From: Anthoceros angustus
Taxonomy: Eukaryota; Plantae; Anthocerotophyta
Direction: 5' to 3'
DNA: 64,000 bases
Assembly (NCBI GenBank): GCA_010909165.1
Contig: MU008196.1
Coordinates: forward strand, 124,001 to 188,000
Below are positions 49,933 through 62,020 of this stretch, in pieces. The position numbers and the translations under genes were made by a program. The notes beneath the pieces were generated by a model that saw nothing but the letters and a program-made list of their open reading frames with translations, did not search any database and was not told where the DNA came from. Numbering within the stretch: position 1 is the first letter of the stretch; the number at the start of each line of letters is the position of its first letter.

Positions 49933-50359
49933 TGTTAAAGTAGAACCCCGTTAGGATTTACTACCTATAAACGAACCAGTTGTTAGCTGTTAGTTACATA
50001 AATTTAGATTAAGTGAATGGTCGTGACCCTTTGAACAATTTTGTATATAAGACACTTTGTATTCTTATTGATATTATTATTCCACGCACCTGCGTGCACT
50101 CCGTGTACATCAGGTAGCTAAACATGGTATCAGAGCACCAGGCTTTGATATATATTTTTCATTTTTCTGTCTGCAATCATCCTAGTCTATTGCTATAGAT
50201 GCAAGTAGCAAAAAGGGATTGTTGGACACAAAATCCAGTAGCCACAAATTTGTGGCTCCTGGGTCATGTGTCAAAAATTCCTCCCTACTACTTGCATAAC
50301 AACATTAGTGATGGGCTATTGTTTATAATCTGCACATCAGCAAATGAAAGACTTCCGCT

Positions 50360-50926
50360 GTGCGAATCTGGTTGCTACAATGCACCAGATCATGCAACTC
50401 TGAAACGAAGATGACTCGACGGGGACAATCTCGCGTCGAGCAAATGCGCCAGGTGCCCTGCAATCGATATACAACAAGACATCAGGAGTCTTCCAGGATT
50501 GTGCGAGACTATCAAGCAGGCCAGGAAGACATCTCATACACGTTACCGTTCTCCTGGACTCCAAATCGGGTGCACATTTACCGACACCCGGAATCGCGGG
50601 ATACCCAGGAGGACGATTTGCAAGATACTTTCGGATCTCTGGCCATCGATCTACCAGAGATCGTTGGAGTATACAGGGTGCTCAACAATAGACTGAACAC
50701 CACTGAGACATCCAATCGACAGGGCGAGGTCCACACCAATTGGCACCCAGAGACTCTGGCGGCAGCTAAACTCCTTCTGCGTAAACAAACATCGCTAAAT
50801 GAGGATGTTCGGAAGCTCACAGATTTGGTGACCGATTTACCGAGGCAAGCGGCATTGAATTTTGAGCCCATATCCTTCCACAGCAGAGTTGCTTCAGGCG
50901 ATGGCCTCTGCTCGCGACAAGCCTAG
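50360..50926 (+). CDS. Extra ORF upstream of copia gag, unknown function
   Basis: A 188-codon open frame between the PBS and gag with no recognised motif. Confidence 0.35.
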   Translation: MRIWLLQCTRSCNSETKMTRRGQSRVEQMRQVPCNRYTTRHQESSRIVRDYQAGQEDISYTLPFSWTPNRVHIYRHPESRDTQEDDLQDTFGSLAIDLPEIVGVYRVLNNRLNTTETSNRQGEVHTNWHPETLAAAKLLLRKQTSLNEDVRKLTDLVTDLPRQAALNFEPISFHSRVASGDGLCSRQA

Positions 50927-51294
50927 ATCTCAAGCGTCGCCGCCAGTGCGGGAGGAGGGCATGCCTCCAGCTTGCGTGTCCACTGCGCCTCCTGGCATGA
51001 GGCGCCTCGCATTGGAGGTGCCTGCCCACAACAGGCGTTCACGGGACGTGACCCTGCAGAACGACGTGCACACCCACCCCACGTCAGCACTTAACCGCCA
51101 ACCGACACAGATCATGGTGTCTGGTGGCATCTGACTTTCTGCCCATACCTCTTCTCCGACCTTTGCTGTTCCTTGTTTTCGGCGCTCCATCCATCAGCTT
51201 CCCCTCAGCATTTCAACCTACTTCGAGAAGAGTACCTTGTGCAATCGGCTTGATCACCCGTGAGCACCTGATAATCTCATCAAAGTAAGTTAGA

Positions 51295-54200
51295 ATGGCT
51301 ACAGGAGGAGGAGGTGGGGGTGGAGGAGGTGCAGGAGGAGGTGGTGCAGGAGGAGGTGGAGGTGGAGGGGGCGGAGGCAATTCACCTCCCCTTCCTCCAG
51401 TGCCTGTGATACCTCAGTCATCCTACTCAATGGAATTTAAAGAGCGTGACAGGTTTAATGGCTCCAAGTTCCATGGATGGCGTCGCATGCGGTTTTACCT
51501 GCCCAACGTGTGGGGAGTTGTTAGTGGCACATTTCCTAAACCAGCCTTAACAGCTCCAGCGGATGAAATCGAAAAATGGGAGAACCTGAATCATGTCGCC
51601 GCGCTTTGATTAGCGGCCCGGACGGTTCTCTCGCCGATAGCTGATCTGCAAAATTCGAATGAGATCTGGACTCCTTATCTGCAAAATTCGAATGAGATCT
51701 GGACTCAACTGTTGCAGACTTATGAAGCTAAGAATATTCTTACCCAGTGTGCTATCCGTGGAGAACTGTTTTCCATGAGGCTTAAAGAAGGCGAGAAGGT
51801 TGGACCCTTCATCCTTCGTTTTCGACAACTGAGGGCTCAACTCTTGAACCTCGGTTCACAATTTCCGGAGTTGGACGCAGCAGTCAGCCTCACCGCCACC
51901 GCAAGCTACTGCACCTTTGTTTACGGCTTGGCGCTTCCATACGCCACGCAAAGCAGGCTATGGCTGCAGGATCGCACCTACACGCCACGACGTGATTGGG
52001 GCTCTCCTGCAAGAGGAGCAAAGCAGGTTGACATCCATTTCGCATGGTGGTAAAACTAAAACAGATAGAGTTCTCTATACGAAAGGACAGAATGCCAAAG
52101 GTAAACCAACCTTTGGAGCAGGGCCGTCTCATTCTGCCTCCACAAAGCGGACTGGCTCCTGCAATTGGTGTGGCATCCAGGGCCACTGGGAGAGAGACTG
52201 TCGAAAAAAGAAGGCTGGCAAAGCCAGAAAAGTCGAGAAACCCAAGCGGGCTGAGGCCCACTCTGCCGCCAAGGCATCTTCATCTGCTAACAAACCTCCA
52301 GTTGTGATGACGGTTTGTTTTGCATCTTCTTCAGTTCTCTCGTCTTCCCACAGATGGTACTAAGATTCAGGTGCCACCTCCCACATCTGTAACGACAGCA
52401 ATTTGCTTAGTCACTACAGGCCTTCACTCACATTTGACAAGGTGTTGTTGGGGGACGAACTTACACGTACAGGTCTTCAGATTGCAGGCTCAGGCACATG
52501 CCGTTTTCGATTGCATGATGGCACTGTCCTCCACCTTGATAATGTCCTACACGTTCCACTTATGGCCAAACACCTACTTTCGGTTAGCCAGCTGATGTCC
52601 TTGCATCAATACAACCTTATCTTCACTTCTACTAGCTGCGAGCTTAAGAAGAGAGGAGGGGATAGTCTAGTCGTAGCGAAAGGACATCTTGTTCATGATT
52701 TGTACCAGCTTGATCTTACCTGCATACCTCCTGAGTCCGTGCATGCTGTCCAGTCGTCACAGTCTGCCCAGGCTAGTCTCTGGCATGCTAGATAAGGTCA
52801 TGCCAATCGTGATAAGTTGATAAAAATGTCGAACCTAAGTTGCTATAGAGAGCCCCTACCTAAATGTTTCAAAGACCTGCCACTTAGCGATGCATGTGTT
52901 ATAGCCAAACAGAAAGAGGTTCCATGTCCTAGGTCAGTTGCCCATCGTGCATCGCAGATACTAGAACTAGTACATGCAGATATTTCAGGCAAGATCCATG
53001 TTCCTTCTCTTGGTAGTGCGTTGTACTATCTTACCATCACTGATGACTTTAGCAGACACTCCTGGACCTACCCCATCCGTTTAAAGTCCGATACCTTTGA
53101 GGTCTTCCAGGAATGGCTAGTCATGGCACAGAGGCAAATAGGATGCTTGCTCCAACAGTTGCGAACTGACAATGGCACAGAATTTACACATGCTTACTTC
53201 AACCAGTTCTTGCTGGACCATGGTGTTGTACGCCAGCTTATTGTGCCTCATACCGCAGAATCTGTCGGCCGTAATCGACGTCATGGCATGACAAGGAGCA
53301 TGTTAGAATGGTCGTACGAGCAAAGTATATCAACAAGAGTTACAAAGAACTTACATTCTTAACAGGCTTCTCACGAGCGCAGTGGATGGGAAGACCCCGT
53401 TTGAAGTTATTTGGCGCAGGAAGCCCAGCTTGCTACACTTACGAGTCTTCGGTTCTCCAGCGTACGCATACATCCCTGCGGAGAAGAGAAAGAAATTAGA
53501 AGACAGAGCTTGCCCACTTATCTTTGTGGGATATGGTGAAGAAGCCAAAGCCTACAAGTTGTTGGATCCACTTACTCATACAGCATTGTTTGCCAGGAGT
53601 GTGACCTTCAAGGAGCTTGTGTGTCCTGCGAAGCCATATTTTGATCATCTGTCACACAATCAAGAGACTGTCACCCATGTGGACCTCACAGATCTGGACG
53701 ATTCTGCAGAGTTTCCACAAGATGACATTCCAGGATATGGTCCTATTGGCATCCAAGGAGTGCGTAACTCGTACTCAGCAATACCTGACCGCCCACCGCC
53801 CCAGCCCCCGCCGATGGATGCTTATTTACCTCCTTCCGACGTTGATGATGTTACAGTCGAAGTGCGGGATCCTCCTGCTGCAGAGGATGATGTAGATCAT
53901 GATTTAGTTGAAGATAATCTTTCTGTTCATTCTGTTGATTCAAACAAACATGAAAACCTACTTGGGCCTGTCCCCGACGATGAAGCTGCTGACAAACTTG
54001 TTGCTGAGCCACATGTAGAGCGTCGTTATCCTCAGCGCGTTAGGAACCCACCTGCTCATTGGGTACAACCCCCTTATTCCTCTATTGATTTCAGACGTCC
54101 CAGAGCTGGGGTTACCCTTTCACAACCTAAGCCTTCAGCGGATAGCCCTCCTTACATTAAACCAGAACCCAAGACATACACAGAGGCTATCACTGGGGCT

Positions 54201-55713
54201 GACAAGGAGCATTGGATCCCTTCCATCAAGGACGAGTACGATTCCTTAATAGAGAACGATACTTGGGAACTGTGTCCCTTGCCTAAGGGTAGGAAAAGGT
54301 TGTAAGCTGTAAATGGGTCTTCAAGCATAAGTTGAATGCCCAGGGCACGATTGCCAGATATAAGTCTCGGCTTGTTGCTGTGGGTTTTACCTGTGTTCAC
54401 AGAATAGATTTCACCAAACTTTCAGCATTGTAAAACTCACCATCCGCATGATCCTTGCTCTTGCTGCTGCCAATGCCTGGGATCTCCAGCAGATGAATGT
54501 ATGTACTGCCTTCCTGTATGGTGAATTGGAAGAGGATATCTATATGTCACAGCCCGAAGGTTTTGTTGACCCCGAGCACCCAGATTGGGTCTGTCATCTC
54601 AAGAAGACCATATACGGTTTGAAGCAGTCAGCTCGGGAATGGTATAAGACCATTGATAAGCACCTTAAATCTATTGGCTTCATTAAGAATCCTGGTGATG
54701 CAAACGTATATTTCTACTCCCAGGATGGTAAATTCGTCGTTCTCGCTTTATATGTTGACGATGCCATCCTCGCATCAAACGATCCGGGTTTGTTATCATG
54801 GGTCAAGACATGCTCCACCAAAAATTCGATATGAAGGATATTGGGGCACTCACCTTCGTTCTCGGAGTTCAACTTGTGCGCCATCTTGATGATACTCTTC
54901 TTATGCTTCATCAAGCCAAGTATATTGCAGAGGTTTTGCATCGATTCCATCTGGACACTGCCAAGCCTGTCTCCACTCCAGGAGTTGCAGGCATGAAGCT
55001 ATCACTTGACCAGTGCCCACAGACTGATGCGGAATGCCAGGCTATGGCTCAGGTTCCGTATCGCCATGCCGTGGGTTGCCTTAATTACATCAGCTGTTGG
55101 ACCCGTCCGGATATCCAGTATGCAGTCAGTTCTGTCTCTCAATTTCTCGACAACCCCGGACAGGCTCACTGGAGTGCGGTTAAACGTGTGCTCCGATATT
55201 TGAAAGGCACCATGACTCACGGCTTATGCTTCAGGGGGCGAGACACAGAGCCTACCTTGTGTGGGTATGCCGATGCCGACTGGGCTACCGACCCAGATGC
55301 TAGAAGAAGCATATCAGCCTATTGTTTTACTCTGAATAATGCTGCCATTCACTGGAGCTCCAAGAAGCAAGCATCTATTGCTTTATCATCAACTGAGGCC
55401 GAGTACAAAGCTTTGATTGAGGGTGCCAAGGAGGCTGTATGGGAGCGTTGTTTTCTGGGAGGCCTTGGCTTTCATCAGTCACAACCGACTCCAATTTACT
55501 GTTAAATAGCCATGACCTCCAATCCACGTTTCCATGCGCACACCAAGCATATCGAAGTACACCACCACGGTTGAACAGAAACATGTCAAAATCCAGTATG
55601 TGCCCACAGACCTAAACACAGCAGACCTTCTGACGAAGTATCTGCCTGCTAGTAAGCATTACCAGCATATGGAGGCAATGGGTGTTCAGGCCTGCCCTGA
55701 CCCTTTGCTCTAG
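51295..55713 (+). pseudogene. Copia gag-pol (gag, Zn knuckle, PR, integrase, RT, RNase H), with frameshifts and stops
   Basis: CNWCGIQGHWERDC, DSGATSH, LELVHAD..DDFSR..LRTDNGTEF, LKKTIYGLKQSAREW, LYVDD, GYADADWA, SSTEAEY. Confidence 0.95.
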
Positions 55714-56331
55714 CTCCTGTGCTATACTACCCAGCTGCAGAGTATGGTGGATGAAGCAACAAGCTCAAAATAATCGCATACTGCAGCTGACAGGTCACTT
55801 AGCTATCCTTTGGTAGTGGGCTCGTAGTGGCGTATCTGAATTGCGCCTACAGCTCATCATCCTCAGGATGGGGCGCCGGAGTGCCATCAGTGTTGCTCAC
55901 AGAAAGCCAGATTTGAAGCCGGCACTCCCAGCTCGCGAACTTCCACCGTTGCTCAGTCGTGAATTCTTTGCTTCTGTGGTGCTCGTGTGATGGCTGGTCG
56001 CGCTGCTCTCCGCCGCCCATTTTGTTCTTCACGCCAGACAGTAGGAAGACGGCAATCACGAAGGAGCAGAGCGCCAGACACTGTACCAATGAGCCCGCCA
56101 TGCCCGTTTTTGCCGAGCTAATCAGCGTGCTCCGTTTACGGGGGCATGTTAAAGTAGAACCCCGTTAGGGTTTACTACCTATAAACGAACCAGCTGTTAG
56201 TTACATAAATTTAGATTAAGTGAATGGTCGTGACCCTTTGAACAATTTTGTATATAAGACACTTTGTATTCTTATTGATACTATTATTCCACGCACCTGC
56301 GTGCACTCCGTGTACATCAGGTAGCTAAACA

Positions 56332-56850
56332 CAAGGGCGTGCGTGGATTTTTGACATGGGTTTGGCTTGTTCCCGTCCCAAGGAGCACTGCTCAGGACTG
56401 TGGTCTTCAATTCTTCATACCTGGCAAACCCAATGCAATACATGCGTCTGAAGGCTTTCAAACAGCATCTTAGTGGGGCCCGGTGCATGAGAAACGTCTG
56501 CACCTTCCCCTTTGCACTAGCGTCTTTGTGCGGGCGAACAAGTGCCTCCAAGTACCTCTCCTGTTCTCCTCTTTCCAGATCCAAGAATCGCAGACGCTCT
56601 TCTTGAAACGATTCTTTTGGCAGCCTAGGGAGGCCTGACTTGCGGCATGGTTTCAGGAATCTTCCAGTCATACGCTTTCACTCTTCCTCGCACACACACC
56701 ACCGCTTTTGCAACATACTTACCGAGGGCACTGCATTGTCTCCGACAGTGGCTTTGGGTGAAACGTTGGTCTTGTACATGTTCCAAATCCTTCTGCTTCA
56801 TTGTCATCCATTGTACCCGCTATTTTCCATGTTGAGTTAAGAGTCTGAAA
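56332..56850 (-). pseudogene. N-terminal segment of the Sola1-like transposase
   Basis: ERLRFLDLERGEQERYL..CCLKAFRRMYCIGFARY (C.KAF...Y.I...R pattern). It is contiguous with 49932 across the copia TSD. Confidence 0.65.
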
Positions 56851-58949
56851 TTCCTCGTCATCACCTTTGGCTTCACCGAACGCACATCTTCCCAAGATTC
56901 CCCGCGCTGCAAGTGTGAGTCATTGCCAAGGTAAGCACCCCTTCATCCCGACCATGAGCGGTGAACAAGCCCGTGCCGAGCCCTGCGCCGCTTTCACGCG
57001 CCTCGGTCGACCCGGACTTTTCTCCAATGCGATAGAGGTTCACATTTCTGAGTTGCCGGCACATAGGGGCATCCTGCCAGCCGAGCGCGCTCTTCTCCAC
57101 CCCGGACCTGCGAGACAGGAAAATGGATGATCGACCGGCAAGCCTTATGAATAAGAAAGTAATGTCCTACCCGATCCCACCTTCGTGAAGATTACAACAC
57201 CCAAGCACAAGACTACAAGACACAGGCGCAGTCAAATAACACTCACTCAAAGGCAAAGGCAGAGGCAGTGGCAGGCATGTTGACATTGCCTTCATTGGGT
57301 TCATCGGCACCAGTCTTGCATGATATGTCTGGCTTCTTTGCTTCTCATGTCCATCGACCTTAGGAATTGAGGCTTAAACCTCTTCGTGATCATCGCGATC
57401 CTCGCACACAAATGGAATTGGTGAGCAAGACTTAAGGAAGTAAGGATTGTCCGGGGCCTTTGTCCACAAAGCAGTGCAAACACTCCGCTACCTGTCGCGT
57501 CAGTAGCGAGCATCTTTGTCGTCCTTCGAAAAGCACAAGAAGGGCACACACAAACTAGTTCTATAGAATGGCTGAAGATAGCAAACCACTATAAGGTCAT
57601 GTCTAGCTTTGTCCACGCCACTCGTTTGGCGAGCATAGGAAATCATGCACTGAGAAGGGCGGCGGTGCCTTAACTACATATTCATTGGCGTACACCATCC
57701 TTTTGTGATACGCAAACGTAGTCATAATCTCATTACACCTAGGGTTTGCAGTAGCCGCTATTCCTATTTTTAAATATCGAAGGTTACCAATAACGCGGAT
57801 TTGGTGCATTTCAACTAGATATGCCATGATGCCAGGACCTAATTAGGGTGCCACGCGTCAAGGCAAGCTGCTCGGCCTTCCCCTCTGTGCCGGAGTGAGC
57901 GTAATACATACCTCTCGGTGCGCGCCCTGTTGCCTGTTCCGTTTTCGAAGGATTGGTTGGGCGACACCTTGTGGAGCTCAAGCAAGCTGCCTTCAGGTGC
58001 AGGATCACCATCGGAGGAGACGGTTTGTGCACGCGAGGATCGGAATGGACGCGGACGTCGACTGTGCAAAGGTTGTTGTCATCTCTTGCTTAATGATTGC
58101 GGTTTCCGTTTGTGATTGCGCTGTCTGATTTCTCCATGTCTTTTGGTTTTCTATTAGAAGACATCATCAAGGCCATGGCTAGTGGGAGACGTAGCAAGAA
58201 GGACCTACAAGATGGCCCTCTGTTGGCCCCAGACCCAATGGAAAAGCCGCGCAAGCATCGCAAGACAAAACAGAAGAAGAGCGACACTTTGCCGTGAGAA
58301 GGTGGAGTGCGTGTGTCCACGGCAACTGGAGGATTTGTTGGAGGCAACCAGCAGCGGCAATCAGCGAGCCGTGTCAACTGCAGGCAAAGGGGTGGGTGGT
58401 GTGGGCAACAATTGATATGGAGGAACAAGAGCCACGTCGAGATTCCCTTACATCGAAGGCCATATGAATTCAACACTCTTCCGGTAAAAGAAGATTATAG
58501 TGTGGTTTTACGGTGAGTCTGCCAACTTCAATGCTGAAGTTGTGAGCCACGGAGCCTTGTCCGAATCGAGGCACGAGAGGTGGTGTGGGGAGAAACCGGG
58601 CACAAACCACCTAGGCAAAAGCCAACCATTCCCTTCTCCTTACACATACGAGGAATTTGTCATGATCCGGTGCCACAAAGAAATGTAGAAGAAACTCACA
58701 ACCTTTTTTAGCATTGCTTGTTGTTTCAAATGGAGAAACGCTCACCTTGCCTGCTCTTTCTCTTGCGATCCTGGTTTGGTCTTTCAGCCGGAAGAGAGTT
58801 AAAAGCCATTACCTCCTCCATCAAAACTCACGGAGGTTTCATATCGGATAACGCGCCAAGGACTTGGTGTGTTTGCACAAGGAAATGGCATTTGTTGATG
58901 ACGAAGAGGAGAATGAGTTTGGGCCATCGGATGAAGAAGATGGGCCAGT

Positions 58950-61550
58950 TCCGGATGTTTTGGGACATTCAGATGATGAGGCTTCGGGGCATGGGGGAGA
59001 ACATCGTGGTGGGGAGGTCAGGTTGGACCTCCTAGCCAATGGATATCCTTACTATCCCATATATCGAGAGGAAGTGGGAGGGAGGACGCCTGCCGGCATG
59101 CGCGCCTAGATCCCAAGGCGAGACACCTAGCACTTTGGGTGGTGTGGAAGAAGATGGGCCATCGGATGAAGAAGAGGGCGCCGGCATGCCGGCGCCCCGC
59201 AGCACATGGGAAGGCGCCGGCATGCCGCGCCCGCTGGCGACATGGGAAGAAGGGGCGCCGCATGCCGCCCCCGCCATGAAGGGCGCGGCATGCGGCGCCC
59301 GACGGGTGGTGAGGAAGAGGCGCCGCATGCCGCGCCCGCCGACGATGATGGGAAGAGGGGCGGCATGCCGCGCCCCCCACGACGATGGGGAAGGAGGGGC
59401 GCCGGCATGCCGGCGCCACCCTTCCAAGGAGGGGTCCATACTCCGACTCCTCACCACTTCACAAAAGGCAAAAGCGAGCAAAGGGATCGGGCAGAGTATG
59501 AACAACTGGAGTAGTCGAGGCGCAAAGTGGAAGACAAGCGCAAGAGACCATCCGACAAGAATGAGATTCAAACTCTTCATGTGGAAACCGCTGAGCGCTT
59601 GGCGGCGTCGCATGGAGGAAGACTATCGACAATGTTCGACCGCATACTCCAAAAGGTTGTTCCCAAACTGTTTTGGTAAACGGAAAATTTGCCTTCCTTC
59701 CCCGCCCCGATGCCCGATCCGGATGTTTTGGGACATTCGGATGATGAGGCTTGGGCATGGTGGAGAAGGTCGTGGTGGGGAGGTCGAGGTTGGACCTCCG
59801 GGCGTCAATGGATATCCTATCCCATATATCGAGAGGAAGTGGGAGGGGAGAGCGGGAGCCGCCCTGCCTCTATCGGTGGAACACCACTTTGGGTGGTGTG
59901 GAAGCATGAGGGGAGTGGACAGCGAGGCAGGGGTGGGCGCCGGCATGCGCGCCCTGCAAACATGGGAAGAAGGCGCCGGCATGCCCGCTGGCATGGGAAG
60001 AAGGCGCCGGCACAGCGCCCCTCCTCGATGGGAAGGCGCCGGCATGCGGGGCGAGGAAGAGGGGCGGCATGCGGCGCCCCTCGGCAGATGGGAAGAGGGG
60101 CGCCGGCATGCGCCCCTCTTCACGCATGGGAAGAGGGGCATGCCGGCGCCCACCTTCCAAGGAGGGTCCATACTCCCGGCGACTCCTCACCACTTCACAA
60201 AAGGCAAAAGCGAGCAAAGGGATTGCGGCGGGAGTGAGAACACAATCTGGAGTAGTCGAGGGGCGCAAAGTCGGAAGGCAGCAGTATGACATACCATCCA
60301 AGCGCAATGAGATTCAAACTCTTCATGTGGAAACCGGCGGTGGCGCTTGGCGGCGTCGCATATGGAGGAAGACTATCGACAATGTTCACGATGCATACTC
60401 CAAAAGGTTGTTTCAAAGCTTTGGTAAACGGAAAATTTGCGCCCGACTTCCTTCGACCCCGATGCCCGATCCGGAAAGTTGATGAGGCATGGGCCAATTA
60501 TCTTGCTCGTCATTGCTAAGGGAGGATTGAAGAAGGAGTGCTTCCTCTTCTATGTATGATTGATCCCGCAGAATGCGAGGACATTGAGCAACTTGATTGG
60601 AAAGGTTTAGGCGAAGAAGTATGTCATGGGCGATCCGGATGTTTTGGGACATTCGGATGATGAGGCTTGGGCATGGTGGAGAAGGTCGTGGTGGGGAGGT
60701 CGAGGTTGGACCTCCGGGCGTCAATGGATATCCTATCCCATATATCGAGAGGAAGTGGGAGGGGAGAGCGGGAGCCGCCCTGCCTCTATCGGTGGAACAC
60801 CACTTTGGGTGGTGTGGAAGCATGAGGGGAGTGGACAGCGAGGCAGGGGTGGGCGCCGGCATGCGCGCCCTGCAAACATGGGAAGAAGGCGCCGGCATGC
60901 CCGCTGGCATGGGAAGAAGGCGCCGGCACAGCGCCCCTCCTCGATGGGAAGGCGCCGGCATGCGGGGCGAGGAAGAGGGGCGGCATGCGGCGCCCCTCGG
61001 CAGATGGGAAGAGGGGCGCCGGCATGCGCCCCTCTTCACGCATGGGAAGAGGGGCATGCCGGCGCCCACCTTCCAAGGAGGGTCCATACTCCCGGCGACT
61101 CCTCACCACTTCACAAAAGGCAAAAGCGAGCAAAGGGATTGCGGCGGGAGTGAGAACACAATCTGGAGTAGTCGAGGGGCGCAAAGTCGGAAGGCAGCAG
61201 TATGACATACCATCCAAGCGCAATGAGATTCAAACTCTTCATGTGGAAACCGGCGGTGAGCGCTTGGCGGCGTCGCATATGGAGGAAGACTATCGACAAT
61301 GTTCACGATGCATACTCCAAAAGGTTGTTCCCTCAAAGCTGTTTTGGTAAACGGAAAATTTGCCCCTTCATTCGACCCCGATGCCCAGATCCGGAAAGTT
61401 GATGAGGCATGGGCCAATTATCTTGCTTGCGTCATTGCTAAGGGGAGGATTGAAGAAGGAGTGCTTCCTCTTCTATGTATGATTGATCCTGCGAATCAGA
61501 GGACATTGTTGATTGGAAAGGTTTAGGCGAAGAAGTATGTCATGGGCGTA
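58950..61550. repeat. Three tandem units; the last two are offset by 916 bp and largely identical. Internal GCGCCGGCATGC arrays
   Basis: ccggatgttttgggacattc at about 58951, 59719 and 60635. ORFs 59870-60307 and 60786-61223 are identical. Confidence 0.9.
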
Positions 61551-61700
61551 TTAGGTGGAAACCATACCTACGCAGCCATGAGGCACCTGCGGATATCTCA
61601 CCGGAGAAGGCGCGTTTACAGTGGATCAAAGCCCATGTGTATTGTGGCCTAACTGCTCTTGAGATGAGGATTTTGGCTACCGATCACAACCGATGGCGGA

Positions 61701-62020
61701 CAAGCGAAGAAGATGAATTTTATTGAGCGGTTCGTATCTCCGGGATGAGTTGCGATAGCTAAGCGGGATCATGTCATCATGTCCATGAACTGGAAATTCA
61801 ATCTCTACAAGGTGCTTGGTTTGATTGAAGACGATGAAGGCCGAAGATGAGCAGTACAAGCGAAGAAGATGAATTTTATTGAGCGGTTCGTATCTCCGGG
61901 ATGAGTTGCGATAGCTAAGCGGGATCATGTCATCATGTCCATGAACTGGAAATTCAATCTCTACAAGGTGCTTGGTTTGATTGAAGAATGAAGGCCGTGA
62001 AGATGAGCGGTACAAAGCGA
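61701..62020. repeat. 156-bp tandem duplication
   Basis: caagcgaagaagatgaatttt.. at 61701 and 61857. Confidence 0.9.

Larger units (their letters stand above)
49933..56331 (+). mobile_element. Complete Ty1/copia LTR retrotransposon with TSD CAAGG
   Basis: LTRs 49933-50124 and 56147-56331 (TG..CA; two substitutions and one 7-nt indel). PBS TGGTATCAGAGC (tRNA-iMet) at 50125-50136. Purine run before the 3' LTR. CAAGG on both sides. Confidence 0.97.

Noticed and set aside
59039-60289. 416-aa ORF as an intact gene
   Set aside because: It reads through GC-rich tandem units and duplicated segments, switching between real and shifted frames.
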